From NCBI GenBank assembly GCA_965203095.1, contig OZ241877.1, positions 1,312,001 to 1,376,000 of the forward strand: 64,000 nucleotides of DNA, read 5' to 3'. Below are positions 1 through 9,081 of this stretch, piece after piece; the stretch's first letter is position 1, and each line of letters opens with the position of its first letter. The stretch is from Bdellovibrionales bacterium (GTDB taxonomy: Bacteria > Bdellovibrionota > Bdellovibrionia > Bdellovibrionales > UBA1609). The notes below the pieces were generated by a model. It had not been told where the DNA came from and did no database searches. It worked only from the letters and a program-made list of their open reading frames with translations. Made by a program: the position numbers and the translations under genes.

Positions 1-104
1 CATTATTAGGAGGTAGCAAAAATGTTTCCGCCAGCAACAACCCATTTAAAACTAAACTTAATATTTATAATGGTAAAGGTAAATATAATAATAGTAAAAA
101 AGGA

Positions 105-791
105 GTGACAAGGTTCATGATTAGCCAAAAGATAGCTCAGGATGTAAATGAAGGAAATATAGAAAAATGGGATAAAAATGCTATGGAAAAAAGATGGAAT
201 TGGTTTTTAAATGAACTAAAAGATTTATTGCAAGTTGATGTTTCCTCTATTCTTATCAACGACAAAAATAAAATAGAAGATATAAAAAAACAAAAACCGG
301 CGGATAACTTCAAAAAAAAAATAATAAAAATTGATAAAAAAATGAGAAGAGAGAAAAATAAAGAATTTTTTAATCAGTTTTTAGATGAGATGAAAAAAGA
401 ACATCCCGATTTTTATTTAAAGCACTCTGTTAATAATGCAATACATGCCACCCCTTCAAAATCTTTCAGTAAGATTACAGTTTTCCGGGCTGTTGACAAT
501 CCTCGTGTGGGAATATTCTGGCAAGCCAAAGAAAAAGAAGAGGACTGGAAACTTTTTGAATTGATGAAAGCGGATCCTGAATTTCCAAAATCTTTTAAAA
601 TTTATGAGGAAACTAAGGAACAAGAAGGAGAAATTTTGACTTCTGCCCAACTTTCAATAATTTTAAATTTTAATGACATATATGATCCTGCTACTTATTT
701 GAAACAAAAGGAATTTTTAAAAACAAACCTTGTCCTAATTTATAATTACATGAGTCAAAAAATGTTAGAGCTTAAGAAAAAAGCTTCTTAA
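105..791 (+). CDS. Hypothetical protein (C-terminal half reminiscent of DUF4268-type domains)
   Basis: 228-aa ORF, GTG start directly after AAGGA; no diagnostic motif. Confidence 0.55.
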   Translation: MTRFMISQKIAQDVNEGNIEKWDKNAMEKRWNWFLNELKDLLQVDVSSILINDKNKIEDIKKQKPADNFKKKIIKIDKKMRREKNKEFFNQFLDEMKKEHPDFYLKHSVNNAIHATPSKSFSKITVFRAVDNPRVGIFWQAKEKEEDWKLFELMKADPEFPKSFKIYEETKEQEGEILTSAQLSIILNFNDIYDPATYLKQKEFLKTNLVLIYNYMSQKMLELKKKAS

Positions 792-798
792 AATACCT

Positions 799-1179
799 AT
801 GAACCAAACTAAAATGAGAAATGAAACTTTAAAAAAATTACACAGCTCTATAGAAAGTCTGAATCATGAATGCGAAGAGGAAGGTTTTAGCACTGTTTCT
901 GACCAAGCAAAGGAAAATGCTAAGCATATTTTAAATTTTGTATATAAAAATTTTCCAGATTATGAATATTATATATATCCCACTGAAGACCGTGAAATTG
1001 CCTTGGACTGCAATCTCCAAAAAGGAAAGGGGGTGCTAATTCTTTTTGATTCTAAAGGTGGGGTGGCCTATTTTTCTACCTTAGAGGGCAGGAACAGCAG
1101 ACTTCGCTGTGATTGCATTACTGACTTCCCTTATGATTATTTACGGAAAATATTAAACAGCTTGATAGAAAGAGGATAA
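799..1179 (+). CDS. Hypothetical protein
   Basis: 126-aa ORF starting 7 bp after the upstream stop. Confidence 0.55.
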   Translation: MNQTKMRNETLKKLHSSIESLNHECEEEGFSTVSDQAKENAKHILNFVYKNFPDYEYYIYPTEDREIALDCNLQKGKGVLILFDSKGGVAYFSTLEGRNSRLRCDCITDFPYDYLRKILNSLIERG

Positions 1180-1303
1180 ATATACCCATCCTTAGAGCTG
1201 TAGCTTAAGGTCAATCTAAAAAAAATTCCAATTATAAAAGCTTATCAGGAAGACAGCTCAACAGTTTTTTTGTTTTGATCTGTTGTTCATCCTCCTCAAA
1301 GTC

Positions 1304-1969
1304 TTATTTTTTAGACAAAGAATCTATTATGGGTTTTATCTGAATGCGAAAATCAACTCTCCTGTTTTTAACCCTACAATGAATGGTATTTTCTTCACAT
1401 AATGGTCGGCTGGAAGACAACCCATTTGCTGTTAAATGTTTAATGGCCCATTCCCTTATCTTTGAATCTGATTTTTCTTTATTGATGCAATACTGTAGCA
1501 CTGACCTTGTTCGTCCTTGTGAAAGTTCCATATTTTTAAAATATGCTTTCTGAGGTGGCAAGCCTATCCATTCATTTGAGGTATGACCTTCAATGCGGAT
1601 TTCATCAACATCTTCTTTAAATTCATATAGCAACTTAAAATAACGAGGGCAAAAGTTTGATAAAATTTTCTGAAATTCTGACTTAATAGCAATTTTCCCA
1701 TGATCAAACATAATTTGAGGAGATAAAAATCTAATAATAAGAGAATCTTTTATCAATTTTGCATTCCATTCTTTTAAATCTCTTTCAAATTCATCATGAA
1801 GACTTTGATAAATTAAATTTTTAATTTTGACATAATCCTTATAACTTTTATCAATAAATTCAACATCTTTAAGGGATTGTTCAATATAAACCACAGAAAT
1901 AAATAAAAAAATCATCATAAGCCCTGTCATCATATCTGAAATGCTTATCCATTCTTTTGTAGATTTCAT
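1304..1969 (-). CDS. zorB: ZorB-like (MotB/OmpA-domain) membrane protein
   Basis: N-terminal WISISDMMTGLMMIFLFI TM with conserved Asp; OmpA-like motifs IRIEGHTS, NMELSQGR, NRRVDFRI. Confidence 0.85.
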   Translation of the reverse strand: MKSTKEWISISDMMTGLMMIFLFISVVYIEQSLKDVEFIDKSYKDYVKIKNLIYQSLHDEFERDLKEWNAKLIKDSLIIRFLSPQIMFDHGKIAIKSEFQKILSNFCPRYFKLLYEFKEDVDEIRIEGHTSNEWIGLPPQKAYFKNMELSQGRTRSVLQYCINKEKSDSKIREWAIKHLTANGLSSSRPLCEENTIHCRVKNRRVDFRIQIKPIIDSLSKK

Positions 1970-2778
1970 AGGTCATCTTCCTTCTTTTTCTTGATAAACT
2001 CCTTATATTCTGAGGTCTCTTTAATATGAGAATGATTGAACTCTTTTGCATGGCATTCAATACAAAGGACTTTCAGGTTCTCTTTAGTATTATTTGTTTT
2101 ATTTCCATCTACATGATGTGTATGAAGGAATTTTTTGTGTTTTGAGAGGTCTATACGACATTTTTCACATTTGTAATTTTCTTGCTCTTTTCGTTTTTTT
2201 GATATTTCAGACCAGTTTTCTGAATATCGGTTGGGAAAAGAACAAATATCTAATTCTGCGTTTATTTTAGGGGCATCATCTTGAAAACTCTTTTCAATAT
2301 AAGTTTTAATTTTAAAACTTTGTTTGGTTTTATTAGTTTTGAAATTCAAATTAAAAGTTGTAAGACAGTTGCCACATATCTCAAGAGATTCATACCACTT
2401 TTTATCATCTTTGATTAAAAAAAACTTTCCATCTTTTCTTCCAGATACTTTATATCTATGTCCTCTTTTGTTTTGTTTCATTTCCTTTATTGTTCTACAA
2501 TTATAAATATGAAACTTTGGATGCTTCCCCCGATAATCTTCCTTCCAATTCGAAATATCTACTATATGAATAACTGTTTTTCTTATAGAACCATCTTTTA
2601 AAACAGTAAACAACTCTTCTTTATTTGTATGAAATACATCTGAAAGATCTGAGTCCAGGCCTTTTCCTTCTTTAAACTGTTCAATTTCTTTTTGAATATC
2701 TGTTTTTGAAAAATCAGAGACCCCATATTTTTTTATAGAGGAAATCAGTTCTTCAAATTGAGTCAGACGAACAGACAT
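1966..2778 (-). CDS. HNH endonuclease (ZorE-like effector candidate)
   Basis: CEKC...LHTHHVDGNKTNN...NLKVLCIECH HNH motif; overlaps zorB by 4 nt. Confidence 0.85.
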   Translation of the reverse strand: MSVRLTQFEELISSIKKYGVSDFSKTDIQKEIEQFKEGKGLDSDLSDVFHTNKEELFTVLKDGSIRKTVIHIVDISNWKEDYRGKHPKFHIYNCRTIKEMKQNKRGHRYKVSGRKDGKFFLIKDDKKWYESLEICGNCLTTFNLNFKTNKTKQSFKIKTYIEKSFQDDAPKINAELDICSFPNRYSENWSEISKKRKEQENYKCEKCRIDLSKHKKFLHTHHVDGNKTNNTKENLKVLCIECHAKEFNHSHIKETSEYKEFIKKKKEDDL

Positions 2779-2780
2779 TT

Positions 2781-3854
2781 TTATTTATGAGGTGGCAGTT
2801 GTTTCAAGAGTTGAGCAAACTCTTTTAAATAACCTTCATAATCATTTCTAAACTTATTGGTCAAACCAGTTAAAGCTTCGTTTAATTTGCCTAAAGAAGT
2901 TTCAAGTTGTTTAATAAGACTATCGTTCAACCTTTCCAGCCCTTTGGATTGTCCTGATAAAGAGTTTTGTATTTTATTTGAGAAATCATCGATTGAAGAT
3001 ACTATCAGTTGAGCCTTATCACCAATCTTTTTTAAACTATTTAGGTGAGTTTCAAGGTTTTTTATTTGATTTTCGTTCGTTTGGATAATGCTTGATAAAT
3101 CTTGGCTTGTTTTAGATATTTTTTCAAAATTTGTGATTAATTTTATGGAGTGTTCTGCATTCATTTCCAGGGTTGTTAGTATCACTTGAAGGTTTTTTTC
3201 TGCTTGCTCTATAGTCACCTTGTAGGTTTCCTGCCAGACAATCATATTTTTTACAGACTTGTTCAGTTGTTTAAAATTGTCTCCAAACTGCTCTGTCAGG
3301 TTTTTATTAAAATCTGAAATAACATTTTCTAAAGCAGTTATAATTTCCTCTTTAGCTCCTTTAGATAAAACATTTAAAATTTCTTTAACAGATTTGTTTA
3401 TTATGTTAAAATGAGAATTGATGTTTTTATTTGATTCAGCCATAAAATAAAGAATTCTGTCTTTTGTGAACTGATTGGCTTTTTTTTCTTCTGACAATAT
3501 GGATTTCAAAAGAGATTCTGTTGAATTTTCTTGGAGATTTTTTTGAAAAATAAAATCTTTAACTGTAAGGATTATTGAAAAAAACATACCTAAAATAGAA
3601 GTTGCAAAAGCTAATTTTAACCCTTCCAATAATTTAGGCACACTTTCTGTAATTTTTGATGTGTCAAAATAATAAAGACCTAAAAAAATCCCTGCAAAAG
3701 TGCCAAGAACTCCAATACTGATGATGGTAGCTTTTAAGTCTTTGGAAAAAATTATGTCTGCGACAAAAAAACACAACATAATCCAAAAGAACACACGAAT
3801 TAAAGGATCGTTATAAGCTCTTTCTAAAAGTGGTAAAATTTCTGAATACTCCAT
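2781..3854 (-). CDS. zorA: ZorA-like MotA/TolQ/ExbB-channel protein with helical tail
   Basis: 3 TM segments, IGVLGTFAGI and LLEGLKLAFATSILG motifs, ~250-aa amphipathic helical tail. Confidence 0.8.
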   Translation of the reverse strand: MEYSEILPLLERAYNDPLIRVFFWIMLCFFVADIIFSKDLKATIISIGVLGTFAGIFLGLYYFDTSKITESVPKLLEGLKLAFATSILGMFFSIILTVKDFIFQKNLQENSTESLLKSILSEEKKANQFTKDRILYFMAESNKNINSHFNIINKSVKEILNVLSKGAKEEIITALENVISDFNKNLTEQFGDNFKQLNKSVKNMIVWQETYKVTIEQAEKNLQVILTTLEMNAEHSIKLITNFEKISKTSQDLSSIIQTNENQIKNLETHLNSLKKIGDKAQLIVSSIDDFSNKIQNSLSGQSKGLERLNDSLIKQLETSLGKLNEALTGLTNKFRNDYEGYLKEFAQLLKQLPPHK

Positions 3855-3949
3855 TTTTTTGGACTACAGCTCTAAAGTTGAACACTTGCCCTTGAACCTT
3901 ATTATTGATTCTAAACTTTTAACAAACCCACATACCTAACTATAAGTCA

Positions 3950-3977
3950 ATATCGGTATTTTCCTGCCAGAACTTTA
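3950..3977 (-). promoter_or_regulatory. Sigma28 (FliA)-like promoter upstream of zorA
   Basis: TAAA-N16-ACCGATAT on the minus strand. Confidence 0.45.
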
Positions 3978-4059
3978 GGCTATGCCTGTTTTCTGGCAAA
4001 AAAAAGATACGAATAGAGGTTAAAAGTAAGATAATACTACAGGCGTCCTGAAAAATATT

Positions 4060-4092
4060 TGATGAAATGTCTCAAAATAAGTCAATATTGCC
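4060..4092 (+). repeat. 33-bp direct repeat, copy 1
   Basis: TGATGAAATGTCTCAAAATAAGTCAATATTGCC, identical at 4919-4951. Confidence 0.9.
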
Positions 4093-4165
4093 ATTATTTT
4101 TACATATTTTTGAGTTTTTTATCCTTGACTTATTTTGAAAAATGTTGATACTGAAAAATGACATC

Positions 4166-4224
4166 CCCACTCGTTATCGACTGGTGGGTACGAGGCGACC
4201 TTAGTGTCGCTTTCGTTTTTTTTT
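4166..4224 (+). promoter_or_regulatory. Structured leader (two hairpins, the second terminator-like) upstream of the NYN gene
   Basis: CCCAC-TCG/CGA-GTGGG hairpin; ACGA-GCGAC/GTCGC-TCGT hairpin followed by a T-run. Confidence 0.55.
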
Positions 4225-4228
4225 AGAT

Positions 4229-4873
4229 ATGAAAAAAACAGTTGTTTATGTTGATGGATTTAATCTTTATTATCGGTTAAAGAATACGCCTTATAAATGG
4301 CTTGATCTTCAGAAATTATCTAAATTTTATTTGAATCCAAAACAACATAACATAATAAAAATCAAGTATTTTACAGCACGAGTAAAAAGAGTATCAAACG
4401 ATACCTCAAATATTATTAAACAAAACATATATTTTCGTGCTCTTAAAACCATTTCGAATTTGGAAATTATTTTTGGACAATTTAAAAAAAGACAAGTAAA
4501 GGGAAGGATAATCCATAAGCACAGTGGTAAATATACGAGAGATTCTAATATTGTGACTATTAGCAAATGGGAAGAAAAAGAATCTGATGTAAATATAGCA
4601 ACTCATCTTATTGAAGATGGATATGAAGATCGATTTGAATGTGCCATTTTAATATCTAATGATACAGATTTAAAAACTCCATTACTGTGTATAAAAAGAA
4701 AATTAAAGAAAACTGTTGGTATTATAAGTCCATATACAATCACACATATAGAATTGCAAAAATCCTCCCATTTCCATAAAACCATATCTGTTAAAGCACT
4801 TCAAACCTGCCAGTTCCCGGATAAAATGAAAGATTTCAAAGGAGATTTTTTTTGTCCTACCAAATGGAGGTAA
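4229..4873 (+). CDS. NYN/LabA-DUF88 (PIN-fold) ribonuclease
   Basis: VYVDGFNLYY, EEKESDVNIA and ISNDTD acidic motifs. Confidence 0.9.
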   Translation: MKKTVVYVDGFNLYYRLKNTPYKWLDLQKLSKFYLNPKQHNIIKIKYFTARVKRVSNDTSNIIKQNIYFRALKTISNLEIIFGQFKKRQVKGRIIHKHSGKYTRDSNIVTISKWEEKESDVNIATHLIEDGYEDRFECAILISNDTDLKTPLLCIKRKLKKTVGIISPYTITHIELQKSSHFHKTISVKALQTCQFPDKMKDFKGDFFCPTKWR

Positions 4874-4918
4874 AACTAAAAAAAGGGGACTAATCTCAGA
4901 GGCTATTCTAAAAAAATA

Positions 4919-4951
4919 TGATGAAATGTCTCAAAATAAGTCAATATTGCC
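4919..4951 (+). repeat. 33-bp direct repeat, copy 2
   Basis: Identical to 4060-4092. Confidence 0.9.
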
Positions 4952-4997
4952 TTTTTTTTAGTTGACAAGGTTGTTTTTTGTTTTTATTGATAGTGCT

Positions 4998-5498
4998 ATG
5001 TTTACTTCTCGTGTTTTCTTTTCTCTAAAGTTGTTTTTAAGCCTAATTTTGTCTTTGAGCTTAATTTCCTGCCAGACGATAACTGTTAAGCCAAAAGGAG
5101 GGGATAGCCAACGAGCTGATTCTCCCGACTATGAGAAGTCCCAAGATTTTTTCCTGTTTGGTCTAATTGGGGAGGCTACTGTTCCCGCAGGGGAAATTTG
5201 CGGGGATAAGGGAGTGGCTCAACTGCAATCTCAAACCACTTTTTTGGATGGGCTTTGGCCGGTTCTTATTGCTGGTGGTGCTGTTGTGGCTGTTGGAATA
5301 GTGGGGCTTGGCTTGTTTGCAAATTTGTTGTCAGAAGAGGAGGAACCGGACCCTGGCACTCTTATTCCAGCTTTGGGGGGGATGGCTATAGCTTCTATAC
5401 TTGCCGCCTTGGCAGGTGGCATCTGGACACCTAAAACAGCAAAGGTATGGTGTGCTAAAGATTCTGCTACAGTTAAAGAGGCTGAGGAGGCCATTTAA
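4998..5498 (+). CDS. Bor/Iss-family lipoprotein with long hydrophobic insertion
   Basis: Lipobox LISC; FFLFGL, ICG, TFLDG and IWTP..KVWC motifs; ATG at 4998 preferred over TTG at 4962. Confidence 0.7.
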   Translation: MFTSRVFFSLKLFLSLILSLSLISCQTITVKPKGGDSQRADSPDYEKSQDFFLFGLIGEATVPAGEICGDKGVAQLQSQTTFLDGLWPVLIAGGAVVAVGIVGLGLFANLLSEEEEPDPGTLIPALGGMAIASILAALAGGIWTPKTAKVWCAKDSATVKEAEEAI

Positions 5499-5834
5499 AT
5501 GAAAAATTTTTTTCTTGTTGTTAGTAGCCTTTTGCTTTTTTCCACATCTTGCCAGACGATTCATTACACGAATAAAGCCCAAGTGCCACAAGATTACACT
5601 TATTCTAAATGGCATCATATTGGCCTTTTTGGCTTGATGGAGTTTAGCGATCCGGTTGATGTTCAATCTATATGTAATGATAAAAGCTGGAAGGCTGTCC
5701 GAACACAGAAAGGCTTTTTGCAAGGTTTAATTCCTGTTCTTTCTAATGTTATTTTATCCTATATGGGTCTTCCCGCTATAGGAAGATCTATTTATACTCC
5801 TGAGGAAGTAGCTGTGGCTTGTTCCGCACCTTAA
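5499..5834 (+). CDS. Bor/Iss-family lipoprotein
   Basis: Lipobox STSC; GLFGL, SIC and IYTP..VAC motifs. Confidence 0.75.
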   Translation: MKNFFLVVSSLLLFSTSCQTIHYTNKAQVPQDYTYSKWHHIGLFGLMEFSDPVDVQSICNDKSWKAVRTQKGFLQGLIPVLSNVILSYMGLPAIGRSIYTPEEVAVACSAP

Positions 5835-5918
5835 CCCCGGCGGAGTGTGTTTTTTTAAAATTCGCTTTACAGTGCTAAAAAAAGAAAGCGGGTGGGGACA
5901 TTGTGTATTAAAAAAGTT

Positions 5919-7146
5919 TTAACTTTGTTCCAAAGATTTAAGATAAAACCTTATAGCTGATTTAAAAAGCTCTGAATGTAAAGATAGTCTACTGGAATTA
6001 GCATCTTCTTTCACAGCTTCTGTTTGTATCAGTTGGGGTAAAGCCGTTTTTTGATATATTTTTACCTAAAGCTTTGCCTAAATCTGTTTTTTTTATAACT
6101 ACTCCATTAGAAAGAGCTAAATGATTCATTATTTTCTCTCTTAATGTAGGTTTTCCTTTAAATGAATAAAAATCTGAAAAATCTTTGCTCTGCAACTCAT
6201 TAGCAGATGAAATAATTGCCTTATTCCAGTCTTCATTTGAAATATTATTATCACTATCTATCTCGATAAGTTGATGACCTAAAATTTGTAATGAATGAGG
6301 ATAACCTCCAGCAACAGTCACATATTTATTCAAACTGGGTTTATCATATTTTATTTTTTTTATTTCATTAAAGCCTTTAATTAAAAGCTCTTTAGCTTCA
6401 CTGTCCGGCATAACATCAAGATGAAGCAAATCAAAACTTCTTCTGGCTGATGGATATCCTTGAAATATTTTATCAATACTATCACTATATCCTATCAGTA
6501 AAAAAGAGAAAAATCCTTTTTCATTAACATCAAGTGTATTGATAATATTTCTAAATATCTGACCTGTTCCTTTCAAATCTTGAATGTTATGGATTTCATC
6601 AATAACGATTAAAATCCCATCAAATTTATAGGATTCATCATTTCCAACGGAACTTTGAATAAGATTGGTCAAGCTGGAAACAATTTGATCTTTAAAAAAT
6701 TGTTTTTCTCTATTTTCTGTTGTTTCAACACCTACATTCATTCCGAAAGCTCCAAAAGAAAACTTTCCGTTTTTAAACAGTCCTCCAAGCCGATCAGTTA
6801 ATTTTTTTAAAGACGAATCATGTAGCCCATCTGTAATATTATTAAGAGAAGATTCCATCACAGTTTTTAAACTTTGCCCTCTCTCAACAGAGTAATAACT
6901 GGTAGCAAAATTCAAATCAAACAGCTTTGGATCTTTAGAAGAAGAGATATGCCTGATAAGCTTGGCTAAAGCCGTTTTACCAATTCCTCTTTCTCCATGT
7001 AAAATAAAACTGGCATGTTGCCCCATTCTCACATTGGATAGCTTTTTTAAAACACTCCGCATTTGCTGGTCCCTCCCAGCAAATAATGTAGGTGTCACTA
7101 TTGAATTAGGATTAAAAGGGTTGCTTGGTTTATTTATTTTTTCCAT
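5919..7146 (-). CDS. STAND/AAA_16-like P-loop ATPase with an apparent frameshift near the C-terminus (in-frame ORF 5998-7146)
   Basis: NPF, FAGR, Walker A GERGIGKT, Walker B IVIDE, GGYP; a 42-codon alternative-frame tail runs 6047-5919. Confidence 0.75.
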
Positions 7147-7191
7147 GTTTTAGTTTTTAGATTATCCTCTATCTTTTATAGAAAATACTCG

Positions 7192-7412
7192 AAATTTTGT
7201 AGAAAGGGTATAGAAAAGGCTTAAATTTTGTAGAAAGGGTATAGAAAAGGCTTAAATTTTGTAGAAAGGGTATAGAAAAGGCTTAAATTTTATAGAAAGG
7301 GTATAGAAAAGGCTTAAATTTTGTAGAAAGGGTATAGAAAAGGCTTAAATTTTATAGAAAGGGCATAGAAAAGGCTTAAATTTTGTAGAAAGGGTATAGA
7401 AAAGGCTTAAAT
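7192..7412. repeat. Tandem repeat, 7 copies of a 31-bp unit
   Basis: AAATTTT(G/A)TAGAAAGGG(T/C)ATAGAAAAGGCTT x7, no spacers. Confidence 0.95.
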
Positions 7413-7481
7413 AGTGGAGTCAAAAACAGCCCTGAGGAAGTGGCAGTGGCTTGCTCCGCCCCTTAAATTCTTATATAAACT

Positions 7482-8198
7482 TCATTTTTTCATAAATAAG
7501 GGGGCTATCGCCAAAGATCCTTCAAAAAGAAGATATAGGGGGATCATCATAAAAAGCATGCTAAAAATATCTGGAGGAGTGATCATAGCCGAAAGGAAAG
7601 CGATAAAAACCACTACATAGGGGCGAGCTTTTGCCAACTGCTCCGTCTTGACAATATTCATTTTTAAAAGAGCCAGCAAAATTAGAGGCAATTCAAACAC
7701 TAAAGCAAAAACCAAAGCAGTTCTCAAAAAAAAGGATAAATAAGGTTTTAATGAGATATAAGGCATTTCATCTCCTCCAAAGCTCAACAAAAAGCGAAAA
7801 GAAAAAGGAGACACCACAAAATACACAAATAAAACCCCTGACAGAAAGAGAATAGCACTTATAGTCACAAGTAAAAGAGTCCACTTTTTTTCTTGTTTAT
7901 AAAGCCCTGGGGAAATAAAACTCCAAACTTGATACAGCCAAAAGGGACAAGATAAAATGATGCCGGAAAACAAACTGACTCTAAGGTAAGAGAAAAACTT
8001 TTCAAAAGGAGTTATAAAAATCAAGTGGCCTTTTGTTGCAGTAAGATAAGGTTGCACTGGGGCACTGATTAGGGATAAAATTTCCGAACTAAAAAAATAG
8101 CTGAGAGCCATGCCACCGGCAATAAAAAGCAGGCTTTTTACTATCCGGCCCCTTAGCTCTGTAAGGTGCTCTGTAATGTGAGATATGTTGGCAAACAT
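7482..8198 (-). CDS. tatC: Twin-arginine translocase subunit TatC
   Basis: EHLTELR, YQVWSFISPGLY, FELP and ITPPD motifs. Confidence 0.95.
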   Translation of the reverse strand: MFANISHITEHLTELRGRIVKSLLFIAGGMALSYFFSSEILSLISAPVQPYLTATKGHLIFITPFEKFFSYLRVSLFSGIILSCPFWLYQVWSFISPGLYKQEKKWTLLLVTISAILFLSGVLFVYFVVSPFSFRFLLSFGGDEMPYISLKPYLSFFLRTALVFALVFELPLILLALLKMNIVKTEQLAKARPYVVVFIAFLSAMITPPDIFSMLFMMIPLYLLFEGSLAIAPLFMKK

Positions 8199-8415
8199 AC
8201 AAAAAACTCTTTAGTTTAGGAGCAAACTTGTAGCTCTATTTACTGTTCCCACCTTAATTTTCACAAAAAACCAACTGTTTTTAGCTTTAATATCAAATAT
8301 AATTTAAAATGTGGAGGCTTATTTTGGTTTATGGGTATTTAAAGTGTCATGAACCAAATAATTATTCAAAAAGCTTGAAACTTCCAAAAAAGAATTTTAA
8401 TGTGAGGGTGAAATT

Positions 8416-8691
8416 ATGAAATGGAATGAGCTTATAAGCCTTAGAATTTCAGAGTTAGTGGCCCGCCAGTTGGCCAAGTCCCATCAGGTCCAGATTAAAG
8501 GTGATGAGGAGAGCCTTCGCAAACGGGTGGAACAAACAGTTCGATCCCATTTTGAGCAGGAAAGGCAGTTGGTAGATGAAGTCTACCAAATGATGGAAGA
8601 TTTAGAAAGCCAAGGCCATCGCTTTGAGAGACGAAAAATGTTTCCTCTATTAAAAGCCAAACTGGCCAAGCAGAAAGGCTTTATTTTATAA
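8416..8691 (+). CDS. DUF507-family protein
   Basis: C-terminal RKMF..LKAKLAKQKGFIL signature. Confidence 0.7.
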   Translation: MKWNELISLRISELVARQLAKSHQVQIKGDEESLRKRVEQTVRSHFEQERQLVDEVYQMMEDLESQGHRFERRKMFPLLKAKLAKQKGFIL

Positions 8692-8692
8692 T

Positions 8693-8980
8693 ATGAAGTT
8701 ATCCATAGATCGACAAAACTTTTTATCCAGTGTTATTTTAAAAGATATTTTGCAGGCGGATTCAGTTCAGGCGGATTCTAAAGAGATTTTGCTGGATCAG
8801 ATCAAAAAAGCTTTATCCTTATTTGTTCAAGAATGGGCAGAGATAGAGCATTCTGCTGAAAGCAAGGTCGCGGGGATTAAAAGAGGCATTACCCCCGGTT
8901 CTGCAGAATGGGACACATTATACGATCGCTTTTTTGAAGAAATCTTTAGGAAAAAAAGCTCTCTCTTCACTAAAAAATAA
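8693..8980 (+). CDS. DUF507-family protein (second of the pair)
   Basis: MKLS start and KRGITPGSAEWDTLY motif. Confidence 0.7.
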   Translation: MKLSIDRQNFLSSVILKDILQADSVQADSKEILLDQIKKALSLFVQEWAEIEHSAESKVAGIKRGITPGSAEWDTLYDRFFEEIFRKKSSLFTKK

Positions 8981-9081
8981 AAAAATAATAAAAAAACCTT
9001 GCTCTTTTTTAAATTTGCCTTAGACTTTTTAAAAAGACAGACCTAACAGCAGGTTGTCGCTTTTAATCTTTTAATAAAGAG

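Noticed and set aside
1304..3854. Flagellar motAB or exbBD/tolQR
   Set aside because: The long helical tail on the A subunit, the embedded HNH gene and the absence of flagellar or TonB context fit Zorya better
7192..7412. CRISPR array
   Set aside because: Units are contiguous with no unique spacers, and no cas genes are recognisable in the window
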